Below, in pieces: positions 1-10,617 of a stretch of DNA of 64,000 bases. The stretch's first letter is position 1; every line of letters starts with the position of its first letter. Below the pieces are notes generated by a model. It saw only the letters and a program-made list of their open reading frames with translations. It was not told the DNA's origin and did no database searches. The stretch spans positions 32,001 to 96,000 of the forward strand of contig DAHVQG010000011.1 in the NCBI GenBank assembly GCA_027317865.1, in the 5' to 3' direction. Position numbers and translations under genes: made by a program. Source of the stretch: Bdellovibrionales bacterium (GTDB lineage: Bacteria > Bdellovibrionota > Bdellovibrionia > Bdellovibrionales > UBA1609).

Positions 1-165
1 GTGAATTGAGTTTGTGAGATGTACTTCGCAAATTGCCCCCGCCCCGAATTTGTTTTTTGCATGGGTTTAATAGGCGTGGCAATGCGCTAAACTTAAATGA
101 ATCACATCCTCAACATACAATTTCGGTCATGCCGCGTCGACAACCTAAAAATTGTTAATTAACTG

Positions 166-1752
166 TTACTGTTGATTGGTGTGCCCGCACTGATCGAGTT
201 TCGTCTTCAACCAGTGATCAAACACGGCACCCTGTAGAGTATCGGGATCGAAATTCAACCGAATCATAAATGGCGTTCGCGGATTTATCCGCGCGAGCCG
301 CATAATATGATAAGCAATTGATTTGAGCCCAACCGGTTGTACAAAAATAAGAGTGTCACGCAAAAAGGGATCATTAAGTTGGTTTGCCAATCGCCAATAC
401 GTTTGCATGACTTGCGGTAATTTCTTGTAAGAAGCAAGCGCTAGTATATCATCTGGTACCGTCCGCGTCGGCAAAAGATCACCGGCTCGCTCGTAATTTT
501 CTAAATATTGAAGAACTTTATCGCCATTACCATTTTTGATTCCCATTTCAGCACGCAAAACTTCGGCGTCATGCCAAATTTGCTTTAGCGATCGATCAAA
601 ACCCGGCACCCCGCCATGGCGGATGAGCGAATGAAGTGCGTCTGAGTCTGTACTGTAAACAATAAAATTTTCAGTGGCGTTATTGGGGTCGTCGATCAGA
701 TTAGGTCTTACGCTGTCGATTTCACCCATCGTGCCCACGAAAGCTTCAGAACCAATTCGCGCCCGCGAAACACCGGTCGGGTCCATCGTCAGAGAAATTT
801 GACCATCCTGCGAGGTCACCAACGTTCCGTTGACAGACCCGCTAAATAAAACACTGTGCGAACTCTCCGCATCCGGGCCCAAATAAAATCCGTTATCAAG
901 TGCCTTACCGTTTTTCATTTGAACCGGATCGCGCGCAAACGCTTGAGATAAAGACGATCCGAAAACACGAGCCAACGCCAAATACTGAGCCACCTGCATT
1001 CCCTCACGACAATCGGCAAACACAAAATTGTGGGCAAGACTGTGAAATGCCCGGCTCAAATGCGCGTGGTCCGGCTCGTAACATATATTTGTGCCTTCGT
1101 CTCCGCCGGGAGTCACACACTGTACAACATGCCAATAGGGGATCACATGCCGCAATCCCAGAGCAATGTCGCGTTTTGTAAAGAATGGCCACCAAAACTG
1201 CCAGTCATGATGTAGCGGCGCCTTCCAACCATTATTCAAATCCAATCTATGCCGAAGATAATTCACTGTCGCATGAATAGCGCGGTTATATTTTTGCTGA
1301 AACGTGCAACGACTGCCATCGTCTTGAAGAGCCCAGTTCAATATGTCGTTGACGGTCACAACTGGCGGATGATGAGCCGGTAGCCGCGCGAGTTGATCTG
1401 TTTGAATTTGCTGCCAGTAATTCGAGGGCAGCTTCAATATATTATGCGGGCGCCAACCGTGCGGTTGAACGGTATCGTAACATTGCGGATCGTGAAAATA
1501 TTCTGGCTGAGAAAGGTTTGGAACTTCTTCAATACTCCACCCTAATTCGCGCAAAACACGTTCTCGGCAAGCAACAGAATATTGATCGAGCGGGTTACGC
1601 GACCAATTTTCCGAATGTTTTATAAGCGTTCGCGCCTGAACTGTAATCGCGATAAAAGCAAAGGAGGCAAAAAAAGTCAGCACTGTCAAAATGCTAGACA
1701 ATGTGACGCGCCGAAAAGCCTTCTGTTTTCTATTCGTCTTCAAATTCGACAT
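166..1752 (-). CDS. Exported protein, candidate Tgl-like transglutaminase (Cys-dependent)
   Basis: N-terminal hydrophobic helix (ILTVLTFFASFAFIAITVQA). YWHV...SRAFHSLAHN..ADCREG..AQYLAL...G, ENFI and FVQPVG recall the Bacillus Tgl motifs in the same order. Start uncertain (ORF is open to 1869). Confidence 0.5.
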   Translation of the reverse strand: MSNLKTNRKQKAFRRVTLSSILTVLTFFASFAFIAITVQARTLIKHSENWSRNPLDQYSVACRERVLRELGWSIEEVPNLSQPEYFHDPQCYDTVQPHGWRPHNILKLPSNYWQQIQTDQLARLPAHHPPVVTVNDILNWALQDDGSRCTFQQKYNRAIHATVNYLRHRLDLNNGWKAPLHHDWQFWWPFFTKRDIALGLRHVIPYWHVVQCVTPGGDEGTNICYEPDHAHLSRAFHSLAHNFVFADCREGMQVAQYLALARVFGSSLSQAFARDPVQMKNGKALDNGFYLGPDAESSHSVLFSGSVNGTLVTSQDGQISLTMDPTGVSRARIGSEAFVGTMGEIDSVRPNLIDDPNNATENFIVYSTDSDALHSLIRHGGVPGFDRSLKQIWHDAEVLRAEMGIKNGNGDKVLQYLENYERAGDLLPTRTVPDDILALASYKKLPQVMQTYWRLANQLNDPFLRDTLIFVQPVGLKSIAYHIMRLARINPRTPFMIRLNFDPDTLQGAVFDHWLKTKLDQCGHTNQQ

Positions 1753-1909
1753 GAGTGAATCGCTATTGCAAGTTTTGAGCTCATCATTAGACCGCGGTGT
1801 GACCATGTAGAAAATCGCCAGTCTGTTAATTTTATAACAGTCGAAATTCTTTTTGAATTTCTGTACCATCCGGGTATTCAGACGACAAGATTTTAAATTT
1901 GGAGAACAT

Positions 1910-4180
1910 ATGGGTCAGCGTTTGATGCGCGAAATTGTTATTTTTTTGATTTTAATTTTTGCTTGGCCGGCGCTTGGTCATAACGGATCGAATCGCGCTC
2001 CCACACCAGCCCCGGCGCCCGCGCCGAATCCACACCAAGGCGTTTTCACTCGTAGCTACAACAACATGCGCACCAATCTCGATTCAAATGAAACTTATTT
2101 GACTCCGCAACCGGGGATGCCGGGCTCGGTAAGCTTCGGCAACTTTGGCCGACTCGCGCAGTTCCCGACGAACGCTTACGTTTTTGCCCAACCGCTTTAT
2201 GTGACCAATGTGAACATCCCCGGCCAAGGCACTAAAAACGTTCTTTACGTGGCTGACGAGAGCGACACCGTTTACGCGTTCGATGCTTCGGGCAAAACAA
2301 CATCCCCCCTGTGGGAGGACCAGTTGACCGACGCTAAATTTTTAAAGCCCGCCGACGGTCAAAATCAATACCCGTTAACGGGCCAAGGCGCAGGTACAAG
2401 CGCCGACATTCAATGTCCGAATATTGCGCCTTTCCCTGGCTCAACGGTGGGAATTAACGGCACACCCGTAATTGACCCCGCAACGAACACTCTTTATGTG
2501 GTGACGGTTTCAAAAGATACGTCGGTTTCACCGACCCGTTATTACCAATACCTTCACGCACTCGACATCACCACGGGAGCAGAAAAATACGGCGGTCCGG
2601 TCATGCTCCCGTTTGCAAGCACTCCGTCGACAAGCGGCAATGTGCTTGATGCCCTTCACGAAAATCAGCACGAAGCCTTGGCACTTGAGCCCGGTGGCAA
2701 CGATAGCGACGGCAAACTCTATATCGCGTTTTCATCGAATTGCGATGAAGGCCCCTACACAGGGCTTATTCTGACTTACAACGCTCCATTGCTAGCTCAC
2801 GGTTCTGAAACGATGCAATTACAAAATCCGGTATGGCAATCGACATCGCAAAATGGCAACGAAGCGGGAATTTGGTCGCTGGGCAGCGGACCTGCAATCG
2901 GGCCGAACGGCAACGTTTACGTTGCGACGGGTAACGGAGCTTTTGACGGGCAAACTAATTTTGGTTGTAGCGTCTTGAAACTTGGGCCGACAAGCTCTGG
3001 CGGACTAATAAAAACCGATTTTTTCGCGCCCTTTGATCAGGCTAATATGAACACGATCCAGGTTGATTTAGACGTCGGCTCTGGTGGAGTGATGCTCTTA
3101 CCCGATCAATCCGGACCCAACCCTCATTTGGCCGTTGCTGGTGGTAAAGCCGGTCAAATTTATTTACTCAACCGTGACAACATGGGCGGATATTCGAGCT
3201 CGGACAGCGATTTTCAAAACATTGTGCAGTCGTTTAATTTAAACGGCACACCTTATGCTCAAGACGGCGTTTTCAATGGCATGACAGACGGACTTTATTC
3301 AAGCCCGGCATATTTCAATGGCCGTGTTTATTACGCGCCAGTGGGCGATTACCTCCGCGCCTATCAACTTACTAACGGTCTATTTACCTCGCCCTCGGGC
3401 ACGCCTCCCGGTATTATCGCACCCGTCGTTGAAACCAATTGGACTTTCAATTGGCCCGGCGGGACACCCACGATTTCATCAGATGGAAATAATAACGGCA
3501 TATTGTGGTTTGTCGACACCAGCCACGCCAATGACCCTCCTCTCGGGCAAGTGCCAGCCTCTTTATATGCGTTTGACGCCACTACATTACACCTTCTTTG
3601 GAGTAGCAACTCCACAGGATCAAATTGTAGCGTCGACACTGCCGACCAACTCGGTTGGGCCGTCAAACACGTCAGCCCCACTGTTTACAACGGCGACGTT
3701 TATGTCGGCACAAAAACAGGAGTGGATATGTACGGTACAAAGGCCGGCCTTGTGCAATCGTGCGTAGCGGATCCGTCGCCCACACCCACAATGCCAAGTG
3801 GCGCGACAATCACGATGCAATACGACGCCGCTAACTCCACATGCGGGAGCACGCTGCCGAATAGCTATTACAATTTCATGGTTCAACGTTGCGTAACGAG
3901 TGGTAACAATTATCCGCTTTGCGCGACAAGCGATACGACGGCCAATCCCGTGTATTACGCGAACCAGTTCGTAGATCTCCAGGTTAATGCGGCAACTCAA
4001 GTTGGCTTAGACACAAATAGCGGGACGGGTTGGCTATACGAGCTTATACCCGGCGCCAATAAAATTACGTTGTCTAACGGCCTGCCCGCAACTTTGTATG
4101 TGGAAGAGCCCGAACAATTCAACGTGAGCGCCACGGGATACACGACCGTTTCGGCTAAATTTTATTGTGTGGAGCAGTAG
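1910..4180 (+). CDS. Secreted PQQ-like beta-propeller repeat protein with Cys-containing C-terminal domain
   Basis: GGAG RBS before ATG 1910; signal peptide; Pro-rich linker; motifs GTPVID, GIWSLGSGPA, DLDVGSGG, AGGKAG.IYLLNRDNMG, SPTVYNG.VYVGT. Confidence 0.65.
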   Translation: MGQRLMREIVIFLILIFAWPALGHNGSNRAPTPAPAPAPNPHQGVFTRSYNNMRTNLDSNETYLTPQPGMPGSVSFGNFGRLAQFPTNAYVFAQPLYVTNVNIPGQGTKNVLYVADESDTVYAFDASGKTTSPLWEDQLTDAKFLKPADGQNQYPLTGQGAGTSADIQCPNIAPFPGSTVGINGTPVIDPATNTLYVVTVSKDTSVSPTRYYQYLHALDITTGAEKYGGPVMLPFASTPSTSGNVLDALHENQHEALALEPGGNDSDGKLYIAFSSNCDEGPYTGLILTYNAPLLAHGSETMQLQNPVWQSTSQNGNEAGIWSLGSGPAIGPNGNVYVATGNGAFDGQTNFGCSVLKLGPTSSGGLIKTDFFAPFDQANMNTIQVDLDVGSGGVMLLPDQSGPNPHLAVAGGKAGQIYLLNRDNMGGYSSSDSDFQNIVQSFNLNGTPYAQDGVFNGMTDGLYSSPAYFNGRVYYAPVGDYLRAYQLTNGLFTSPSGTPPGIIAPVVETNWTFNWPGGTPTISSDGNNNGILWFVDTSHANDPPLGQVPASLYAFDATTLHLLWSSNSTGSNCSVDTADQLGWAVKHVSPTVYNGDVYVGTKTGVDMYGTKAGLVQSCVADPSPTPTMPSGATITMQYDAANSTCGSTLPNSYYNFMVQRCVTSGNNYPLCATSDTTANPVYYANQFVDLQVNAATQVGLDTNSGTGWLYELIPGANKITLSNGLPATLYVEEPEQFNVSATGYTTVSAKFYCVEQ

Positions 4181-4194
4181 CGAGAGAAATTAAC

Positions 4195-5547
4195 GTGAAC
4201 TTAAAATCAGCCGTATCGTTATTTTGCGCGCTCTTAATTGGCACTACTTCAGTCGCGACGATTTCATTTTCTATTCCCGCACTTGGTGCTACGCCCATTC
4301 CGGTTGCCGCACGCAACGATTCGTCATTTGGCCGAACAGCAGATGAAAGATCGTTCGCCTTAAGACAAGAAATTCACGAAATATTTCAGAAACGCGGCAC
4401 GCAAGCGCTGACACACTTTTTGCGCGATAAGGCCGAAGCGGGTCTCGATCTGCAACCGCTGCGCGAATATTTTTTGAAGAAGAATAATGGGAAAATTGAA
4501 TTTATTGATGAACTGATCCCCGAAGGAGGTGAATCATTTATTAATTTTGCCAACGCCCAGCTTCGTCTTTCAGGCGTTGATTTCATACAGTTTCGCGGCA
4601 TCGTAGATAAAAATCTCAGGCTCGACGCACGGTCCCCTGCTCATCAAAAGCTTTACCAACGATGGCAAAAAATCCGCACATTCACCATACCTTATTTGGG
4701 ATTTGGCGTGGCGCTTATTCAAATGAGTCTCGGTATGATACCCAGCCATGCACAACTCGCGGCCAGTCTTGCGGGAGCAGTTTGCATTCTTGGACTCGAA
4801 ACGCAATTTGCGAAATTCAGCTCGTGGTGGAATCGCCATTTTTGGAGTAAAGACAAACCGTTTATTCGCTTATCGTGGCGGGTTACCGGCGAGCAAACAA
4901 CCCTTTCGAAAGCGGCAAAACTTCTCAATCGCCTTTTGGATTCCACCCAGCACGTCACCCAAGCACATGCCTGGATTTATTTGGTTAACTGGATTTACGC
5001 GTTAATATTGTACGCGGCGAGTACGGCAACCCTACGGTTCTACGGTGCAGCCGCTCCACATTTTTTGGCGCATTTTCTCAATTTTCTATCTAATACCTTT
5101 AAAACCGGCACGGCGAGTTTTTTTTCGTTTGCATTATTTCAAGTATTACTTGGCAAAGCATTTGCCCGCGGTGAAATTGCTGAACTTTTGCGCTATCAAC
5201 TTGAGTGTTTAGCCGTCGATTGGGGCACGATCTGGCGCGATGTCGCCGCTACTGGTGGCCGTCAACATCCCGGCCGAACGAAATTCGGCAATTTAATGCT
5301 CTACTCATTCGCTGCGTTTGCAACGGCTCCCTTATTGCTAAAAACCGCAATGTCCGGACTTTATGCAAAAAAAACTGCGCGAATTTTCACGTTAAACGGC
5401 GAACACGCGCGAAATTATTCATATTCTTGCATGCAGCTGCTAGCCGCCAAAGCTAAAAAAACGCCCAGCGATTTTTACATCATTATACCATTCTCAAAGC
5501 AAAAATCCGTCGGTGCGCTGCTTAAACGCCTCGGCCGGTCGCCGTAG
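4195..5547 (+). CDS. Hypothetical membrane protein with signal peptide
   Basis: Long ORF, N-terminal signal peptide, several hydrophobic segments; GTG start inferred. Confidence 0.6.
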   Translation: MNLKSAVSLFCALLIGTTSVATISFSIPALGATPIPVAARNDSSFGRTADERSFALRQEIHEIFQKRGTQALTHFLRDKAEAGLDLQPLREYFLKKNNGKIEFIDELIPEGGESFINFANAQLRLSGVDFIQFRGIVDKNLRLDARSPAHQKLYQRWQKIRTFTIPYLGFGVALIQMSLGMIPSHAQLAASLAGAVCILGLETQFAKFSSWWNRHFWSKDKPFIRLSWRVTGEQTTLSKAAKLLNRLLDSTQHVTQAHAWIYLVNWIYALILYAASTATLRFYGAAAPHFLAHFLNFLSNTFKTGTASFFSFALFQVLLGKAFARGEIAELLRYQLECLAVDWGTIWRDVAATGGRQHPGRTKFGNLMLYSFAAFATAPLLLKTAMSGLYAKKTARIFTLNGEHARNYSYSCMQLLAAKAKKTPSDFYIIIPFSKQKSVGALLKRLGRSP

Positions 5548-5596
5548 ATCAGTCCAACAAATTGACGTTAATTGGCAATGACGCTTGAATGTTCAG

Positions 5597-5941
5597 ATGG
5601 GTTTAAAGGTAATTAGCAACTCGCCAGATTGGATTCAAGCACACAGCTCGGGCGTCATCCTTCGATGTTATGTTCAACCTAATGCCTCTCGAACCGAAAT
5701 AACCGGCGAACATGGGGCTGGATCGAGTTCCCGTCTCAAAATTCGCCTGGCCGCGCGACCAGTTGACGGTGACGCAAACCGCGAACTTTTAAGATTTTTA
5801 AAAGTTCTAACCGGCCAGCCACAGTCGCGTATACATATAATTCGCGGCGAAAAGTCCCGCCAAAAAGACGTACTGTTTGCAGGAACAACCATTGACGCTT
5901 TATACACGTATTTCGTAGAATTCAACTTCATTCTCAAATAG
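5597..5941 (+). CDS. DUF167 (YggU/UPF0235) family protein
   Basis: VQPNASRTEI, LKIRLAARPVDGDANREL and GEKSRQK motifs. Confidence 0.88.
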   Translation: MGLKVISNSPDWIQAHSSGVILRCYVQPNASRTEITGEHGAGSSSRLKIRLAARPVDGDANRELLRFLKVLTGQPQSRIHIIRGEKSRQKDVLFAGTTIDALYTYFVEFNFILK

Positions 5942-5960
5942 GGCCCAAAAGCTGAATCCC

Positions 5961-8735
5961 ATGGATTTTGCGCGCGAATATCATTTTCTTGACGACTCCA
6001 TCTCCTTTTTGAAGCGACATCTCAACCAACAAGGGCCACTTGAATATTTTGTCCATCACAACCCGCTGCATTCGTTAGAGGATCTTAAATTTCATGCGGC
6101 GATTCGACAATCCGGCGAACTGTACGGAGCAACAGGCTATATGGCCAGCCGGGATTATCGGTTTATTTTTAAACACAAAAAAATTTCTTCAAACATTTTA
6201 CTTCATGAGATTGAGAACACTTTTTTTAATGATGAATTTCTTGGTTCATCCAACATCACGCCGGCTCTACTGTTAGAACTTCTGCAATCCGAAAAAACGG
6301 CCCGATCATTTCGCAAATCAAGCAAATCGTACATTAGTCAATTCGCAACTCGGATTCGATCAGAAACGGAATCGTTGAACAGCAATCAATCGAGTTTGTG
6401 CCCCGAAAGGGCGGAGTTCCGGTCGGCGCTTTCAGAATTTAACCTTAATATAGACGAGTGGGTAACCTTTTACTTTGGCCACATTTTGTCTGTTTACTTC
6501 GATGCGGGGCATGCGTATTGGCCCGTTGCTTATCAAGACACAATGCTCAAAACGATCGTTAATACCTTCGGCAAAAAAGGATGGTTTTCAAAACCGTGGA
6601 AGAAATCCTTTCAAAGGGATTTGATGAAGTTTACCGGCAATGTAAACGTTCGCGAAAATATTATTCGCCTGCTATCGCATCTCAATATTGAACCGGAACA
6701 CTACAAATCTTTCTTATATGAAATTTGCAGCCGACAGAAAGGCTGGTCTGGATTTGTGTTAAAGGCTGAAAGCTCCCCTCATTTGCTTCATTCAAATCCT
6801 GCGATCAAATCGAATTTCGAAGAGTTTCTCTTGCTTCTCGTCCTTATAGAAAAATCTTTAGTAGAACACTATTATAATGAGTTCGACCTACCGATAATTC
6901 CAAAAATCACACCACGTGCCACAGAGCTAGATTCCGAAAGGGCGCTGGTTTATGCACTTTTGCTAACTGAAACCCTCCAACTTACGCCAAGCGATTCGGT
7001 TGAAAACCGTATCAGCGCATTTACGCCGATTATAAAAGTAGCATTAAAATTGGCGGCTACAGAGCTTAGCATCTGGCAAAACGCGTTTGATAAAACGTTC
7101 ACCGCCGATTTTTTGTCTGCAGTGGTGGCAAATAAAAAAGCGAATAAGCGCTCGCCCCAAAGCAAACCGAAAGCACAAGTGATCACGTGCATCGATGAGC
7201 GTGAAGAGTCATTTAGGCGGCATCTTGAAGAAGTACAACCGCAAATCCAAACCTTTGGATTTGCCGGCAATTTTGCCCTGAATCTACTCTTCAAAGGTGT
7301 GAATGACGTGAGATTCAAGCAGTTCGGAGACTTATCGAAACACCCTGATATAAAAGTTGAAGAGTCGATCGTCGAATACAAAAATACACGTAACGCATCG
7401 TCATCGCTTGTCCGACTCTTCTACAAGATCGAAGCGAGTCTGCTCCGTCGTCCTAAGGATTTTTTATTTGGCTGGATCACAAGTTTGAGCATGGGTTTTG
7501 TTGTACTCCCCCACATTATTCTTAAAATATTTTTTCCGTATCGCGAAGAGGTTGGTCGGCGCGCATTGGATCGCTGGCTCAAATCACAATTTAAAACCGC
7601 TCTTCAAATTTACCGGCTTGATGGAGACGAGTTAGATGCCCTCGCGAAGGCCAAGATTGTACGCGGCGTATTAACAGCGAATGGTTTAAAACATTTTTCG
7701 GATTTAGTTTTTATAGTTGGACACGGCTCCCACAGTTTGAACAATCCGCATGAAGCCGCACATGACTGCGGAGCTTGTGGTGGCGGACGTGGTATTATTA
7801 ACGCGCGCGTCTTTGCGCTATTCGCAAACGACTCGGCTGTAAGAGCCGAGCTGTCTAGCATGGGCATAAATATTCCAGAACAATGTACGTTTGTTCCGGC
7901 CTATCACGACACATGCAGCGACGAATTTCGCGTTTTTGAATTAGATGCCACAACAAGAGCCACTCGTGACCGCATGCAATCTCTAAAAAATGATTTTGCT
8001 GAGGCCTGTCGACGTGACGCCCATGAACGATGCCGAAAATTTTCTGATGTGCCACGCAAAATTAGTCTGAATGCAGCTCAGGCCCACGTAATCGGCAGAG
8101 CAAATGACCTTTCGCAACCTCGGCCAGAATACGGGCACGCGACAAACGCGATCTGTATTATTGGATCGAGAAATCTGAGCCGAGGGATTTTTCTAGATAG
8201 ACGCGCATTTTTATGTTCCTACGATTTTAAATGTGACGATGATGCTGGCATTCTATCGAGTTTGCTCGAATCCGTTGTCGGCGTTTGTTCGGGGATCAAC
8301 CTTGAATACTATTTTGCCACTGTTGACAACCGGCACTATGGCTCCGGCACGAAACTACCCCACAATGTCGTTTCACTACAGGCGGTAATCAACGGTACGG
8401 ATAGCGATTTATTGTTGGGGCTACCGACTCAAATGATTGAGATACATGCGCCGTTGCGATTGAATGTCATGATCGAAGCCCCACTTTCGCGAATAAAAGA
8501 TCTTGTTCAGAGACCGAATTCCTTGTTCGGAAGACTGACCAGAAATGAATGGATATGGACAATTGTCCTCGATCCCGAAGATCAGTCTCTTTATAAATAT
8601 GAAAGCGGCGAGTTCGTCCGGATTGAAGCTTTCAAACAAAACATCGCCACGTTTAAGACGTCACAGGATGTCTATAATCGAATCCGCGGTTATTGCGATT
8701 TCAGTCTAATTGAGCCGGATAGTCTTTATGTTTAA
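5961..8735 (+). CDS. dabA: DUF2309 inorganic carbon transporter subunit DabA (beta-carbonic-anhydrase-like)
   Basis: GPLEYFVHHNPL, CIDEREES.RRHLE, GHGS...NNPH...DCGACGG, QPRPEYGHA.NA, INLEYYF, GTKLPHNV, H.P.RL; Zn ligands C, D, H, C all present. Confidence 0.9.
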   Translation: MDFAREYHFLDDSISFLKRHLNQQGPLEYFVHHNPLHSLEDLKFHAAIRQSGELYGATGYMASRDYRFIFKHKKISSNILLHEIENTFFNDEFLGSSNITPALLLELLQSEKTARSFRKSSKSYISQFATRIRSETESLNSNQSSLCPERAEFRSALSEFNLNIDEWVTFYFGHILSVYFDAGHAYWPVAYQDTMLKTIVNTFGKKGWFSKPWKKSFQRDLMKFTGNVNVRENIIRLLSHLNIEPEHYKSFLYEICSRQKGWSGFVLKAESSPHLLHSNPAIKSNFEEFLLLLVLIEKSLVEHYYNEFDLPIIPKITPRATELDSERALVYALLLTETLQLTPSDSVENRISAFTPIIKVALKLAATELSIWQNAFDKTFTADFLSAVVANKKANKRSPQSKPKAQVITCIDEREESFRRHLEEVQPQIQTFGFAGNFALNLLFKGVNDVRFKQFGDLSKHPDIKVEESIVEYKNTRNASSSLVRLFYKIEASLLRRPKDFLFGWITSLSMGFVVLPHIILKIFFPYREEVGRRALDRWLKSQFKTALQIYRLDGDELDALAKAKIVRGVLTANGLKHFSDLVFIVGHGSHSLNNPHEAAHDCGACGGGRGIINARVFALFANDSAVRAELSSMGINIPEQCTFVPAYHDTCSDEFRVFELDATTRATRDRMQSLKNDFAEACRRDAHERCRKFSDVPRKISLNAAQAHVIGRANDLSQPRPEYGHATNAICIIGSRNLSRGIFLDRRAFLCSYDFKCDDDAGILSSLLESVVGVCSGINLEYYFATVDNRHYGSGTKLPHNVVSLQAVINGTDSDLLLGLPTQMIEIHAPLRLNVMIEAPLSRIKDLVQRPNSLFGRLTRNEWIWTIVLDPEDQSLYKYESGEFVRIEAFKQNIATFKTSQDVYNRIRGYCDFSLIEPDSLYV

Positions 8736-10617
8736 CGGTACTGTTGATATTTTTCTGTTGTCGCTGCCGGTATTGCTTGGCCTTGCTTTACTATACGTTT
8801 TGGTTCCCGGATTTTTCTTTTCAATAAGGTCGATGCAATTTAGCCGGATCAAATTCGTAACCAATCTTTTAATAATAAATGTTCTAGCAATCACGATTTT
8901 ATTTTTTGGTGATGTATTTAAATACTGGAGTCTTTCTGGACCGATTTACCATTTGATACAAGGCCGTCTTCTCTTGAATGGAACTTCACTCGTTTACTTC
9001 GCACTCACGTCATTTATTGCTATCGTACTATTTAGATTTAGCGTCACCTATCTCTATCACGATCGCTGGTATGCGAAGTTTTATCTAAATCTTACCGTAT
9101 TCATCGTGAGCCTGATGGTAGCAAGTCTTGCCAATCAGTTCATCGTTTTTATAGTTGCATGGGAATTTGTTGGACTCACCTCGGTGTTTCTAATTGCCTT
9201 TTATCAAGACCGCGAAGGGCCGGTAAAAAACGCATTTCGAACGCTGGTCACGTACAAAATTGGCGACGTCTGCTTGTACATCGCGGTATTCGCGCTCGCT
9301 CGCATGGGCGTAACAACCTTCGGCCAGTTACAACACACACGGGTACCCGAGTGGATTTTTATTTTCTTTTTGCTGGCCGCAATGGTTAAAGCCGCACAAT
9401 ATCCGTTTAGTTTTTGGTTGCCGCGAGCTATGGAAGGGCCAACCCCGACCTCCGCGGTTTTTTACGGATCACTCGCCGTTCACCTTGGGGTACTTCTTTT
9501 CATGCGAATATTCCCTACGCCGTACACTGCAATCAACGGTATCGCGATTATGATCGGCGTCGTGACGTTGCTCCATGCCTCATTTGTTGGTCGCACTATA
9601 CCGGATACAAAAAAGAGCTACGCTTACGCGACAATGTCGCAACTTGCGATCATGTTTATTGAAGTAGGGTTCGGTTTTAAAACTTTGGCACTAATTCACT
9701 TATGTTCGCACGTCATTTTGCGCTTTTATCAATTTCTTCAAGTTCCTTCGATATTACACCGCCGCCATGAGCTCGAGTCCAATACTCAAAGATCTCTGCA
9801 GCCAGGCGACCGGTTATTAGAATCGATTTTTCCCCAAAAACTGCGCCGCCTGCTTTATTACTTTTCGTTCGACGAAGGCAAGCTTCATTATTTGCGAAAG
9901 CGACTCGTCGTGCGCCCAGTGCGAGAATTGGCTCTGTTGTTCAACAATATTTACTCTCCACTATTTAAGTTTTTAGATTATCCGTTAGCATCGAGCTCAA
10001 TTTATGCCTTGTCGTTAACGTCCATGGTTTTGCTCCCGTTCGTTCATACTCAGGCTCAATTCACTTACGCTCCTATTTTGATTTATGTAGCCTTACTGAT
10101 GGGGCTGTCGCTTGCCATTTCGCTTTTTGCCGAAACCGACATCACTCGATTTTTTATAAAAGCCATCGGTATAACGATTATTGTTTACGGCCCTCTTTTC
10201 TTTTCGATGAAAACGTCGCTTGCTCGTGTCATGGTCGAATGCCAAATCGTAACATTAGTTGTGTTTTATAAACTATTAACTACGTTCTTCGAGAATCCCA
10301 GCGCCAGATTTGCCGTGCGAAATTTTTTAGGTAACTTTGAGGCATTCCCTCGTCGCGGCAGATGGTCTATTGTATTACTATTACTGGCAACCGGTGCGCC
10401 GCTGAGCCCGTTCTTTTTCTTGATTGAACGGGCGATCGGCGTTTATTTACGGATCAATTTTGAATTTGGAATTTTATTTATTTTGACGGATATGTTCATG
10501 TATCTCTCGATTTACAGACTCGTGTTTCTTGTTTTATTCGGACCAAACTGCCGCAAAAAAAATCGCTTTACTACGGCCATTTATGTTCCCGAACAGTGGT
10601 CGTCAAATCGAAATTGA
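8728..10617 (+). CDS. dabB: NuoL/MrpA-like proton-conducting membrane subunit DabB
   Basis: WEFVGLTS..LI.F, K.AQYPF..WLPRAMEGPTPTSA.FYG, YATMSQL; ATG 8728 overlaps the dabA stop. Confidence 0.85.
   Translation: MFNGTVDIFLLSLPVLLGLALLYVLVPGFFFSIRSMQFSRIKFVTNLLIINVLAITILFFGDVFKYWSLSGPIYHLIQGRLLLNGTSLVYFALTSFIAIVLFRFSVTYLYHDRWYAKFYLNLTVFIVSLMVASLANQFIVFIVAWEFVGLTSVFLIAFYQDREGPVKNAFRTLVTYKIGDVCLYIAVFALARMGVTTFGQLQHTRVPEWIFIFFLLAAMVKAAQYPFSFWLPRAMEGPTPTSAVFYGSLAVHLGVLLFMRIFPTPYTAINGIAIMIGVVTLLHASFVGRTIPDTKKSYAYATMSQLAIMFIEVGFGFKTLALIHLCSHVILRFYQFLQVPSILHRRHELESNTQRSLQPGDRLLESIFPQKLRRLLYYFSFDEGKLHYLRKRLVVRPVRELALLFNNIYSPLFKFLDYPLASSSIYALSLTSMVLLPFVHTQAQFTYAPILIYVALLMGLSLAISLFAETDITRFFIKAIGITIIVYGPLFFSMKTSLARVMVECQIVTLVVFYKLLTTFFENPSARFAVRNFLGNFEAFPRRGRWSIVLLLLATGAPLSPFFFLIERAIGVYLRINFEFGILFILTDMFMYLSIYRLVFLVLFGPNCRKKNRFTTAIYVPEQWSSNRN

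Noticed and set aside
8728-10617. Complex I nuoL or mrpA
   Set aside because: No other nuo or mrp genes nearby; coupled to a DUF2309 gene, which indicates DabB.
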